Source: Patescibacteria group bacterium (GTDB lineage Bacteria > Patescibacteriota > Minisyncoccia > UBA6257 > 02-FULL-45-10c). From it: a stretch of DNA of 46,835 bases. The stretch is from the NCBI GenBank assembly GCA_028865335.1, contig JAGWKK010000001.1:1-46835 (forward strand), written 5' to 3'. Position 1 is the stretch's first letter. Each line of letters starts with the position of its first letter. Under the pieces are notes generated by a model. The model saw only the letters and a program-made list of their open reading frames with translations. It was not told the DNA's origin and searched no databases. Of the stretch, positions 7,653-15,154 are shown piece by piece. The position numbers and the translations under genes are program-made.

Positions 7653-8004
7653 CCCGACCCTGCGCCAGTTTCTGAAGAACCGTATCTTATGGAAGGTCTA
7701 TACGATGTGGTTTTTGCGCCGCATCGTTCCGTTGATCGTCCTGCAGGTCGCGGCGATCGCGCTGGCCTTGCAGATTTTCGCGAAGAACGTGTTTGTGAGC
7801 ATGGTATTCAGGAACGCCGCCGTCGCTTCGGAACAGGGATACTGGGCGTTTCTCGGATATCTCTGGTACGCCTTTTTGAATACCCGTCCGCTCGTGCAGG
7901 TTACTGTCCTGGTGATCCTGGGCGTCGTGGCGTTGCTGATCCGGGACGTTGTCCGCATGGTCATGACGTATGCCACTCTGAAGGTCCGGGGTGACCGGGG
8001 GTAG
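7636..8004 (+). CDS. multi-pass membrane protein, possible anti-sigma partner
   Basis: 122 aa. It overlaps the sigma gene by 17 nt (translational coupling) and has hydrophobic helices. The anti-sigma role is inferred only from position. Confidence 0.5.
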   Translation: METPTNPTLRQFLKNRILWKVYTMWFLRRIVPLIVLQVAAIALALQIFAKNVFVSMVFRNAAVASEQGYWAFLGYLWYAFLNTRPLVQVTVLVILGVVALLIRDVVRMVMTYATLKVRGDRG

Positions 8005-8025
8005 GGTAACTGGCCTGCGGCCAAA

Positions 8026-8047
8026 TTCCTAATTACTAATAACTAAT
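8026..8047. repeat. degenerate heptamer array ttcctaa-ttactaa-taactaa
   Basis: 7-nt periodicity directly after the 7636..8004 stop. It is related to the tcctaat array at 31054-31090. Confidence 0.5.
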
Positions 8048-8056
8048 GTCGGGTGG

Positions 8057-8075
8057 CTAGTGACGGGGTGAAACC
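8057..8075 (+). repeat. repeat motif ctagtgacggggtgaaacc, copy a
   Basis: Identical 19-mer at 8222-8240. Reverse-complement copy at 20733-20751 with one mismatch. Confidence 0.8.
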
Positions 8076-8200
8076 CCGCACTGAGCCGAGCGCTTCGTTT
8101 TTCACACCGCTTCAGAAAAGCCCCGCGTTAGTGCCAGGCTGTTGCTTCTGCAAATCAAGCTGATAGGAGAAGAAAAACGGCAATGCGGTGCGGCGCTCGA

Positions 8201-8220
8201 CCTGCCTGCCGGCAGGCAGG
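8201..8220. repeat. 20-nt perfect palindrome, copy 3 (24-nt palindrome with flanks, 8199-8222)
   Basis: cggcgctcga|cctgcctgccggcaggcagg|tctagtgac. The paralogous sequence at 20733-20762 (reverse complement cggcgctcga|tctggtgac) lacks exactly these 20 nt. Confidence 0.9.
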
Positions 8221-8221
8221 T

Positions 8222-8240
8222 CTAGTGACGGGGTGAAACC
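8222..8240 (+). repeat. repeat motif ctagtgacggggtgaaacc, copy b
   Basis: See 8057-8075. Confidence 0.8.
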
Positions 8241-8379
8241 TTTCTGCTTAGTATCCAGTTACACTTAATAGATCCAGCGATTTTAGAGTAGACTGTCGGT
8301 GCTTCGACCGGTATCGACTACCTCATAGATACTCTAAAGTTTCCAGATCTCTATTTTACAGTTAGTTCATATCTTTCTT

Positions 8380-8401
8380 AAAAGCCCCGTCGGGGGCTTT
8401 T
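8380..8401. terminator. bidirectional rho-independent terminator, serves the minus-strand DUF4012 gene
   Basis: aaaagcccc-gtcg-ggggctttt. Confidence 0.75.
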
Positions 8402-8407
8402 AAGTAT

Positions 8408-10477
8408 CTATTGTTTCACGAGAGTGGCGGTGACGGTTTCACGGGCGGCGAGCTGTTCGGTGTCGTAGGTAAAAGTTGGCGACCCCGACTCTTTCCATTG
8501 GTACCCCGGCGGTGCGATGAGGGTATATTCCAGCGATCCGTCCACGCCGGATTGTTTTTCGAATACGAAGGTGTAGGTCATGCCGTCATGGATCGGAAGC
8601 GGGTTGCCGCTTTGGTATTGCACGGTGAGCGTCCGGGTCTTTTGCGGATCGGTAGTCAGCCACGCGCCGAATGATATCTTGTTCCATTCGGATCCGACGA
8701 GCGTCTGCATCGGCCGGTTAAGCGTTTCGGACGATTCGATGCGCGCGAGGTCGGGATCGATACTCAATTCCGGTGCCGGCGGAACCGGCGTGCGCGCCGC
8801 ATCATTGCCGGTCAGCGCCAGAAGCTTTGAGCCGGGCGGCGTGAGTATCGTTATGAAATCCTTGTTCGGAACCAGGTAATACCAGTCGGTCTGATTCGTG
8901 TCCTGGAAGTCGCGGGTGACCGCGAGCTGGTCGATGACATTGCCGTCCGCGTCGATCGTGCTGGTGAGCGCGACGTGCTGGTTGATCAGTGCGTCGGTTT
9001 TTCCGCCGGCAACATTGGCGTTCACGACGGCCAGGTAATCTCCGGTGAAGTCGTCGGGCAGTGCGTAGACGCTACCGGCCACATCGGCGGTATTGAGGAA
9101 TTCCTGCAGACGACTATCGCTCGCATAGGCCATGATGTCTTTGGTTTTCACGTGATCAGCGAGCGTTGCGACGAGCTGCGATTTTTGATCCGCGGTGAGC
9201 GTGTGGAGTTTCTGCATCAGAAGCGGCATCAGGACGGAAAGGATCTTTTTCGGATTCTGTCCCGGTTTCTTGTCGGGACCCAGCTCCACTTCGTGCTGGA
9301 GTTCGGGCAGGAAATTCTGTTCGGTGATGGTCAGGTTGTAATCGGGAAGATCGATCGGTCCGGTGATGCCGAGAATGGATTGGAGGACGTTGGTGTTGAT
9401 GCCGACGACGGCGCTGAAGAATATATGCGTCGGCTGATAGAGATTGGAGTCCTGGAGCAGGGACGCCACCTTTTTCGCCGAGGTCGGGAAATCGAAGAAC
9501 CAGTTCGCGTCGCGGGCGCCCCAGGTCGGCGTGATACCGCTGAGCTGTTCCGGCGGAGCGATCTTGAGATCGAGCTGACGGTCGGCGTTATAGATGTCAT
9601 CGACATTGATGGCGGTGATGTTGCCCTGATTGAGCACGACGTCGCCGTAACTTCCCAGGAATCCGCCCGCCGGGCGGATCTCGGTCGGGTTCTGGAAGAG
9701 GACGAGGATGTGCTGGTCGCCGGGGGCGGTCAGGAGCGTCCGGAGTCCGGCGATGCCCGAGCTTGCGGCGGCGAAATCAGGTTCGATGCGATTGTATTCC
9801 TGCGAGACGAGCTTTGCGGCGGATGCGAGCGGGCCGTTGCTCAATGCGATTCCTGATGCCTCGGCCGCGAGGTTGTCGGCGATCAGCTTCGCCGAAGAGA
9901 CGTTGTTGTCGATGCGCGTCACGGCTGCGACCAGTTCGTCGCCATGGCCCGAGGTCGCAAGTCCGAGCGCGTTGTTTTTAAGGAAATCCACATCTTTTGA
10001 AATGTCAGCTGCTTTCTGGTTGAGCGCTGCGCCCTGCGCGACTGCGTCGGGAAGCATGCCGGCGCCCGGAATGAAGGCGTTTGCGATGCCGGTCAGCAGG
10101 GATATGCCGGGTGCGTGCGCTTGCCGGTCCAGCGCGGTGAAGTCGGCGGAGAGTGATTGGAGCTCGGTACTGAGGTTGCCGGTATTCAGGGTCGTCGCCG
10201 CGGTTTTGAGTCCCGGCAGCTGTGCCTTGATGCGGGCGATGATAGCCAGGGCATTATGGGCGAAAAAGAAAAGCGAAAAGAAAATGAAAGAAACGCCTGC
10301 CGCGATGCCGATGGTGACCGGTTGGATGCGGGTCGGGGTATTCGGTTTCCGGTGAAGTACGCGCTCATGCTCCCGGGCCGCTTCCGCGCGCTTGAGTTCG
10401 GGCGCATAGCGCTTGCGGGGGAGCGGCTTGTGCACGTCGCGCATGGTTTTTCGGGGCTGGGGTGTCGGCTGATGCAT
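8408..10477 (-). CDS. DUF4012 domain-containing membrane-anchored protein
   Basis: 689 aa with an N-terminal TM helix. The motif FQNPTEIRPAGGFLGSYGDVVLNQGNI is, from memory, characteristic of the DUF4012 family that is common in CPR genomes. Confidence 0.75.
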   Translation of the reverse strand: MHQPTPQPRKTMRDVHKPLPRKRYAPELKRAEAAREHERVLHRKPNTPTRIQPVTIGIAAGVSFIFFSLFFFAHNALAIIARIKAQLPGLKTAATTLNTGNLSTELQSLSADFTALDRQAHAPGISLLTGIANAFIPGAGMLPDAVAQGAALNQKAADISKDVDFLKNNALGLATSGHGDELVAAVTRIDNNVSSAKLIADNLAAEASGIALSNGPLASAAKLVSQEYNRIEPDFAAASSGIAGLRTLLTAPGDQHILVLFQNPTEIRPAGGFLGSYGDVVLNQGNITAINVDDIYNADRQLDLKIAPPEQLSGITPTWGARDANWFFDFPTSAKKVASLLQDSNLYQPTHIFFSAVVGINTNVLQSILGITGPIDLPDYNLTITEQNFLPELQHEVELGPDKKPGQNPKKILSVLMPLLMQKLHTLTADQKSQLVATLADHVKTKDIMAYASDSRLQEFLNTADVAGSVYALPDDFTGDYLAVVNANVAGGKTDALINQHVALTSTIDADGNVIDQLAVTRDFQDTNQTDWYYLVPNKDFITILTPPGSKLLALTGNDAARTPVPPAPELSIDPDLARIESSETLNRPMQTLVGSEWNKISFGAWLTTDPQKTRTLTVQYQSGNPLPIHDGMTYTFVFEKQSGVDGSLEYTLIAPPGYQWKESGSPTFTYDTEQLAARETVTATLVKQ

Positions 10478-10677
10478 ACCACGTAGTGAGCCTGCGATAC
10501 TCTTCGCAGAATTTAATTTACTTTGAATTATAACTGATTACTGTTCGTACGATAAACATTTCTGCCAGGCAGACACGGGGCGAAGAGGATTAAATTCCCA
10601 TCGCAGGTCTACTACATGGCATATATATAAAAATACCATTTTTGTAGGACGCCCCCTAATGAGTATTTTTTTGAAAA

Positions 10678-10706
10678 TTGACAGAATCATATATAGATGA
10701 TAGTAT
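10678..10706 (+). promoter_or_regulatory. consensus sigma70-type promoter of orphan gene 10832..11419
   Basis: TTGACA (10678-10683), 17-nt spacer, TAGTAT (10701-10706). Confidence 0.65.
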
Positions 10707-10712
10707 GTTTCT

Positions 10713-10831
10713 AATCGTCGAGGGCTGCGAAGTCCCGACGGAGACGTACTTTGACGTTGGTTGCGGAAAGCAATCACCCTCAGCTCGCGGGCAGCGAGAA
10801 GTCGTCCGGCTAACAGCCGGAGGAGAGTGCC
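10713..10831 (+). promoter_or_regulatory. structured 5' leader (three hairpins), homologous to 29396-29494
   Basis: Stem 1 is cgtcg (10716-20) with cgacg (10736-40). Stem 2 is ctcgc (10784-88) with gcgag (10794-98). Stem 3 is tccggc (10805-10) with gccgga (10816-21) and overlaps the SD ggagg (10819-23). Compensatory changes relative to the second copy are described in the findings. Confidence 0.55.
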
Positions 10832-11419
10832 ATGAAATACGGAGACCTGACACTTGGAAAAGCGGAAGCGATCGTGAACAAGCTTGGCGGCATGGAGGGC
10901 GTGAAGCGCTTCCTGGCCGGGGAGTTGGAGTTGGTGGAAGCAGCTAAGCCAGCCTTCCCCACCTGGAGGACCGTCAAGCTCGGCACCGGCCTGAAGACCG
11001 CCACTGACTTCCGCAGCGCCCTCATGATGCACGGATACGAGGTGAGCGTCTACGCCAACAACCTTCTCGACAAGGTCGCGGTGGCGAACCAGGAGATCGA
11101 TGTGAACCTGGTGGATGTCTCGGCCGCGGAGCTCGGTTTTCCCAGGGGAGCCACCCGTGCGGAAATCTACCGTCGTGCCCACAAGCGTGGTCTGGAGCTT
11201 TGCCCTGCGGAAGTCGGTCCTCAGCTCCGTCTGCAGTACCCGGATCAACCGGATAACGAGTGGCGTCTGATCGCCATGAAGCCGCTGAACGGATCGGGCA
11301 GAGACTTCAGTACGTTCGTCGTCACTCGCATTGGCCCTAATCGATGGCTCAACGACTTCCTCATCGACCCCGCCCGTGTCTGGAACGCCGCCGCCCGGTT
11401 GGTGTTCGTCCGTCACTAG
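10832..11419 (+). CDS. hypothetical protein (195 aa), orphan cassette C3
   Basis: Own promoter, leader, SD and terminator. The N-terminal LGGMEGVKRFLAGELELVE resembles LGTAEGIKALLRGELVVRT of 29495..30058. From memory, the C-terminal LELCPAEVGPQLRLQY...RLVFVR resembles uncharacterised metagenomic proteins. Confidence 0.6.
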   Translation: MKYGDLTLGKAEAIVNKLGGMEGVKRFLAGELELVEAAKPAFPTWRTVKLGTGLKTATDFRSALMMHGYEVSVYANNLLDKVAVANQEIDVNLVDVSAAELGFPRGATRAEIYRRAHKRGLELCPAEVGPQLRLQYPDQPDNEWRLIAMKPLNGSGRDFSTFVVTRIGPNRWLNDFLIDPARVWNAAARLVFVRH

Positions 11420-11430
11420 AAGCGGACCAA

Positions 11431-11450
11431 CCTGCCTATCGGTAGGTAAA
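11431..11450. repeat. degenerate palindromic unit cctgcctatcggtaggtaaa
   Basis: Shares cctgcct..cggtag with the degenerate unit at 6476-6495. It lies between the stop codon and the terminator. The relationship is tentative. Confidence 0.4.
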
Positions 11451-11458
11451 CCTCGGTT

Positions 11459-11506
11459 CCTTCCGAGAAAGTGAAATCTTTCTCGGAAGGGCCGGGGTCT
11501 TTTTAT
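11459..11506 (+). terminator. terminator hairpin (13-bp stem) with a downstream T run
   Basis: ccttccgagaaag-tgaaat-ctttctcggaagg, then gccggggtcttttt. The loop and stem sequence resemble the terminator at 30066-30119. Confidence 0.6.
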
Positions 11507-11557
11507 TTATGTCGGGTGTTGACCGAAAAAGGGTTATACGCTATACTCATAATCACT

Positions 11558-11884
11558 ATGATCGCTGAAGCAATCTTGCCGAAAATCAAGCCGGGAGCCA
11601 TGGTGAAGGTTTTCGAAAAAGTGAAAGAAGGGGATAAGGAGCGCCTGTCGCAATTTTCCGGCCTGGTTTTGGCGCGGAAGCACGGATCCGAGACCGGAGC
11701 GTCCTTTACGGTCCGCTCGACGATCGCGGGTGTGAGCGTGGAGAAGGTATATCCGATCCATTCGCCGGTGATCGAGAAAGTTGAAGTGCTCAGCGCGCCG
11801 AAGAAGGTGCATCGCTCAAAACTGTACTATGTCCGCGAGCTGTCCCGTAAGCAGACCCGCCAGAAGATCGGAACGGTGAAGTAG
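11558..11884 (+). CDS. rplS: 50S ribosomal protein L19
   Basis: MIAEAILPKIKPGAMVKVFEKVKEGDKERLSQFSGLVLARKHG...KVYPIHSPVIEKVEVL. Trimmed from ORF 11471. TTGACC-17-TATACT (11519-11547) lies just upstream of ATG 11558. Confidence 0.9.
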   Translation: MIAEAILPKIKPGAMVKVFEKVKEGDKERLSQFSGLVLARKHGSETGASFTVRSTIAGVSVEKVYPIHSPVIEKVEVLSAPKKVHRSKLYYVRELSRKQTRQKIGTVK

Positions 11885-11974
11885 CGCATCGCATACAGCA
11901 AGAAGTGAACAGCTCCCTCGGGAGCTGTTTACTTTTCATGATTCTTTGGTCTACAATAGTGAAAGCAGTATTTG

Positions 11975-12035
11975 CAATGCGCAGGTGGCGAAACTGGCAG
12001 ACCTGCCTGCCGGCAGGCAGGCGCACTACCTGAGG
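11975..12035 (+). pseudogene. duplicated 5' half of tRNA-Leu (through the anticodon loop), interrupted by the 20-nt palindrome
   Basis: caatgcgcaggtggcgaaactggcaga[20-nt palindrome]cgcactacc-tgagg, compared with caatgcgcaggtggcgaaactggcagacgcactaccttgagg at 12289-12330. There is no 3' half. Confidence 0.8.
12002..12021. repeat. 20-nt perfect palindrome, copy 4
   Basis: Exact cctgcctgccggcaggcagg. The intact tRNA-Leu lacks it between 12315 and 12316. Confidence 0.9.
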
Positions 12036-12046
12036 CGACAGAATAT

Positions 12047-12328
12047 ATGTATTCTGATTACGTTCTCAAAAGTATCAAGCGCTCTTATTTGTATGTCGGA
12101 ATGACGAATAATATTAATCGTCGTTTTTTTCAACACCAGTATGGCCGCGAAAAAACTACCGCGCCCTATCGACCATTTAAACTGCTCATTGTTGAAAAAT
12201 ATGATACGCGTAAATCGGCACGAGTTCGTGAAAAGTATCTAAAATCAGGAGTTGGCAAAGAGTGGATAAAGAGGTATGATTTTGAGCACAATGCGCAGGT
12301 GGCGAAACTGGCAGACGCACTACCTTGA
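12047..12328 (+). CDS. small stand-alone GIY-YIG (URI-domain) nuclease family protein, 93 aa
   Basis: MYSDYVLKSIKRSYLYVGMTNNINRRFFQHQYG...PFKLLIVEKYDTRKSARVREKYLKSGVG fits the GIY..YIG..R..H..G...E pattern. The start was trimmed to the first ATG after the tRNA fragment. The last 12 codons and the stop lie inside the tRNA-Leu gene. The gene looks AT-richer than its neighbours by eye. Confidence 0.75.
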   Translation: MYSDYVLKSIKRSYLYVGMTNNINRRFFQHQYGREKTTAPYRPFKLLIVEKYDTRKSARVREKYLKSGVGKEWIKRYDFEHNAQVAKLADALP

Positions 12329-12376
12329 GGTGGTAGCGCCCGCAAGGGCTTGGAGGTTCGAATCCTCTCCTGCGCA
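12293..12376 (+). tRNA. tRNA-Leu (anticodon GAG), type II with a long variable arm
   Basis: Acceptor gcgcagg/cctgcgc, anticodon stem ctacc/ggtag with loop ttGAGgt, variable arm cgcccgcaagggct, T arm ggagg-ttcgaat-cctct, discriminator A. Confidence 0.9.
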
Positions 12377-12466
12377 CAAAGTATAAATGACCGAAGTCCG
12401 TCCGGTTGTGCAATTCATGGGCTTTATCAGAAACGAGCAGGAAAAAGGCTGATTGGGTCGCATGTT

Positions 12467-12495
12467 TTGACGCGCGGTTTTCTATTTGATACGCT
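12467..12495 (+). promoter_or_regulatory. sigma70-type promoter of 12523..13209
   Basis: TTGACG (12467-72), 17-nt spacer, TACGCT (12490-95). Confidence 0.45.
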
Positions 12496-12522
12496 AGACG
12501 CAGTACATCAGAAGGAGTGATC

Positions 12523-13209
12523 ATGTCCGATCGGAAATGGGCTCTGCTGATCGTGGGGAAGTCCTTTGCGATGATTTTCCTGCTGCTGGGGATAGTCGCG
12601 CTTGCCGGCCACTATCAGGGGCGCGCTCGCACCCGCCGCGTCCATATGGTCGTCTCGCTGCGCGAGCCGTGGGATGACGCAGTGAGCTGGGACCGGGAGA
12701 AGGGGACGCAGCGGAAATATCGGAATCCCTCGTCGGATCCGATGGGAGAGCTGATCATGGGCGATTCCCGTACCTATTACGGGATGCCCGACGTCCGGAC
12801 GTATTTCCGGTTCCATGTGGGATTTCCGCGGGATGCCCGCGTGGAGAATGCGTATCTGCTGCTGCGCTGTTCGGCGAGCGGCCAGACGCAACCGAAGCTG
12901 TCCATCGCCATGATCGAGCGTGATTCCTTCCGGCTGAACCACGTCCCGTGGTCGCTGCCGCTTTCGCGGATCCGCGTCGGATGGAAATACGACACGGCGG
13001 ACTGGAAGTGGGTGAAGTACGGCGCATATCGCACGCCGGATCTGGCCACGCTCATCCAGAATCATATCGAGCGGCATCCCGATTCGCAGATGATCGGTTT
13101 TGTCATCATCAATCGTCCCGAGAATCACGACGCCTTCAAAGGCATCTGGTCGTTCGACGACAAGCCCGGATACGCCGCCAAACTGATCGTGGTTTATTCC
13201 GCGCCCTGA
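12523..13209 (+). CDS. membrane-anchored hypothetical protein (228 aa), orphan cassette C4
   Basis: SD gaaggag 5 nt before ATG 12523. N-terminal TM helix ALLIVGKSFAMIFLLLGIVALAG. No family recognised. Confidence 0.55.
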   Translation: MSDRKWALLIVGKSFAMIFLLLGIVALAGHYQGRARTRRVHMVVSLREPWDDAVSWDREKGTQRKYRNPSSDPMGELIMGDSRTYYGMPDVRTYFRFHVGFPRDARVENAYLLLRCSASGQTQPKLSIAMIERDSFRLNHVPWSLPLSRIRVGWKYDTADWKWVKYGAYRTPDLATLIQNHIERHPDSQMIGFVIINRPENHDAFKGIWSFDDKPGYAAKLIVVYSAP

Positions 13210-13228
13210 CCGGGCGCTTTTTGTTTTT
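13201..13228. terminator. bidirectional terminator between convergent genes
   Basis: gcgccc-tgacc-gggcgc followed by tttttgttttt. Confidence 0.6.
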
Positions 13229-13937
13229 ATGCCTTCGCAACAGTGAAGGCGACAATCTTTTTTGCACCGGCTGCGCGCAGGGCGCGGACGGCATCGGTCA
13301 TGGTGGCGCCGGAAGTGAAGACGTCATCCACGAGCAGGACATTCTTTCCCGCTAGTCCATGGCCGTCGTGCACCGCAAATGCATCGGCGACATTCTGTCT
13401 TCGCGCGGAGCGGTCGCGCAGTTCTGCCTGCGACTTCGTTTTTTTGATACGCACAAGCGCGCCGGCGTCGATCGGCAGCGAAAGGATATCGGCGACATTG
13501 CGGGCGATGAGCTCCGCCTGATTGAATCCGCGTTCACGTTTGCGCGCCGGATGGAGCGGAACGGGGACGACGACAAGATTTTCGGTTGAAAGCGGCAGGG
13601 AGCGGAGCGTGACGGCGAGAAACGGACGGAGCGTGTCCGCGACCGAAGTCCATCCGCGGTATTTGAGCTGGTGGATCAGCGGTTTCACCGGTTCGTCATA
13701 GGCGACGCAGGCGGCCAGGATATATGGAACGCTTTGGTGGCACATTTTCCGCGCATCGGGGATGCGTGCCTTGCAGGAAGGACAGAAGAAGGTGGTCAGC
13801 GGCCGGATCGACGCCGCGCACGCGGCGCACAGATGCGGGTTGGCATCTCCGGCGCCGATGAGTGCGCCGCAATTCAGGCACGATTGCGGAAAGAAGAGAT
13901 CGAGCAGGATATTTTTTAGGGCAGTGAAGTATTGCAT
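13227..13937 (-). CDS. comFC: ComF family protein (phosphoribosyltransferase-like competence protein)
   Basis: 236 aa. N-terminal Cys-rich zinc-finger region (CLNCG...CAAC...CPSC) and PRTase motif VLLVDDVFTSGATM. Confidence 0.85.
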   Translation of the reverse strand: MQYFTALKNILLDLFFPQSCLNCGALIGAGDANPHLCAACAASIRPLTTFFCPSCKARIPDARKMCHQSVPYILAACVAYDEPVKPLIHQLKYRGWTSVADTLRPFLAVTLRSLPLSTENLVVVPVPLHPARKRERGFNQAELIARNVADILSLPIDAGALVRIKKTKSQAELRDRSARRQNVADAFAVHDGHGLAGKNVLLVDDVFTSGATMTDAVRALRAAGAKKIVAFTVAKA

Positions 13938-14048
13938 ACAATACCTGAATTCACCGGCCCGGCGGTTCGCGCCGGAAACCGGGAAGCGATATCAGCATAC
14001 CAGAAAGGTGTGATATAATAAAGCTAAGAAAAGAGGGCTTGTCAAAGA

Positions 14049-15146
14049 ATGGAAGCCCCGATGCGTCCTATGCTCGATATTCTGAAAAAAATCTTTCCCA
14101 AGAAAACCTACCTAGGTGTGGATATCGGAACCACTTCGATCAAGGTGGCCGAATTGCGCCGGGAAAATGCGATCCTGGAGCTGATCAACTACGGATTCCT
14201 GGAGAGTTACGGACACCTGGAGCGCCTGAATAACGCGCTGCAGACCAGTACGCTCAAAATGCTCGATCAGGACATCATCGAGCTGCTGAAGATCCTCGTG
14301 AAGGATAGCGGCCTGAAGAGTACCGACGCCGTCGCTTCCATTCCCGCCTTTTCCGCATTCACGACGCTCCTGGAAATTCCCATCATGTCGCAGGCGGACA
14401 CGGCGCGCGCGATGCAGTTCCAGGCGAAGCAGTATATCCCGCTGCCCATCGCCGCGGTGACCATCGATTGGCTGAAGGTGGGGGAGCGTACCGATCCGCA
14501 GGGCAATAAGATCCAGCAGGTGCTGCTGGTATCCGTGCCGAATGAGCAGATCCAGAAATACAAGACCATTTTCAAAGCCGCAGGCCTGAATCTGATGTCG
14601 CTCGAGATCGAAGGACTGAGCTCGGCCCGCATCCTGACCGATGGCAACAAGGAGACGACGCTGATCCTGGATATCGGGTCGCGTTCCACCAGCATCTCCA
14701 TCGCCAAGGACGGGTACCTGAAGTTCGTCGGACAGACTGATTTCGCCGGCGGATCGCTGACGCAGACCATCGCTTCGGGACTCAATATCCGCGTGCGCCG
14801 GGCCGAAGACCTGAAGAAGCTCCGCGGCCTGCAGGGGACGGGCGGGGAATATGAACTGTCCACCCTCATGCTGCCGATCATGGATGTTATAATAAATGAA
14901 GCCCAGCGGGTTCGAAATAATTATGAAAAGGGGTATACTGATAAGGTAGGTCGGGTGGTGGTTTCGGGCGGCGGTGCGAATCTGATCGGGGTCATCCCGT
15001 ATATCCAGGACCAGATGGGTCTTCCGACGACGAAGGCCGATCCTTTCTCCCGGATCCGGTATCCTTCGACCATGCAGCCGCTGGTGAGCGAGCTTGGCCC
15101 TGAATTCACCGTCGCGATCGGACTCGGGGTGAAACTTTTGAGTTAA
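14049..15146 (+). CDS. pilM: type IV pilus assembly protein PilM (actin-like ATPase fold)
   Basis: 365 aa with the GVDIGTTSIKVAEL phosphate-1 motif. First gene of the pilus operon. The start codon choice among three nearby ATGs is uncertain. Confidence 0.85.
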   Translation: MEAPMRPMLDILKKIFPKKTYLGVDIGTTSIKVAELRRENAILELINYGFLESYGHLERLNNALQTSTLKMLDQDIIELLKILVKDSGLKSTDAVASIPAFSAFTTLLEIPIMSQADTARAMQFQAKQYIPLPIAAVTIDWLKVGERTDPQGNKIQQVLLVSVPNEQIQKYKTIFKAAGLNLMSLEIEGLSSARILTDGNKETTLILDIGSRSTSISIAKDGYLKFVGQTDFAGGSLTQTIASGLNIRVRRAEDLKKLRGLQGTGGEYELSTLMLPIMDVIINEAQRVRNNYEKGYTDKVGRVVVSGGGANLIGVIPYIQDQMGLPTTKADPFSRIRYPSTMQPLVSELGPEFTVAIGLGVKLLS

Positions 15147-15154
15147 TTGGCGAC

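Noticed and set aside
8005-8407. RNase P RNA or tmRNA in the long spacer
   Set aside because: There is no GAGGAAAGTCC-type P4 sequence, no tRNA-like 5'/3' pairing with a CCA end, and no tag reading frame. The GGGGTGAAACC motif alone is insufficient.
10538-11416. 292-aa minus-strand ORF opposite 10832..11419
   Set aside because: It is antisense to a gene with promoter, leader, SD and terminator on the plus strand. It would also run through the plus-strand promoter region without any start signals of its own.
11972-12046. Upstream extension of the GIY-YIG ORF (track start 11972)
   Set aside because: The first 25 codons translate the duplicated tRNA half and the palindrome. The family-typical N-terminus (M-Y-x-x-Y-V-L-K-S) begins at ATG 12047.
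11975-12376. Group I intron in the tRNA-Leu anticodon loop (as in cyanobacteria), or Nanoarchaeum-style split tRNA halves
   Set aside because: The functional tRNA-Leu at 12293-12376 is contiguous. The about 260 nt between the repeats are almost entirely ORF, leaving no room for a group I core (P3-P9). The upstream half has no complementary bridging sequence, and an intact gene sits next to it.
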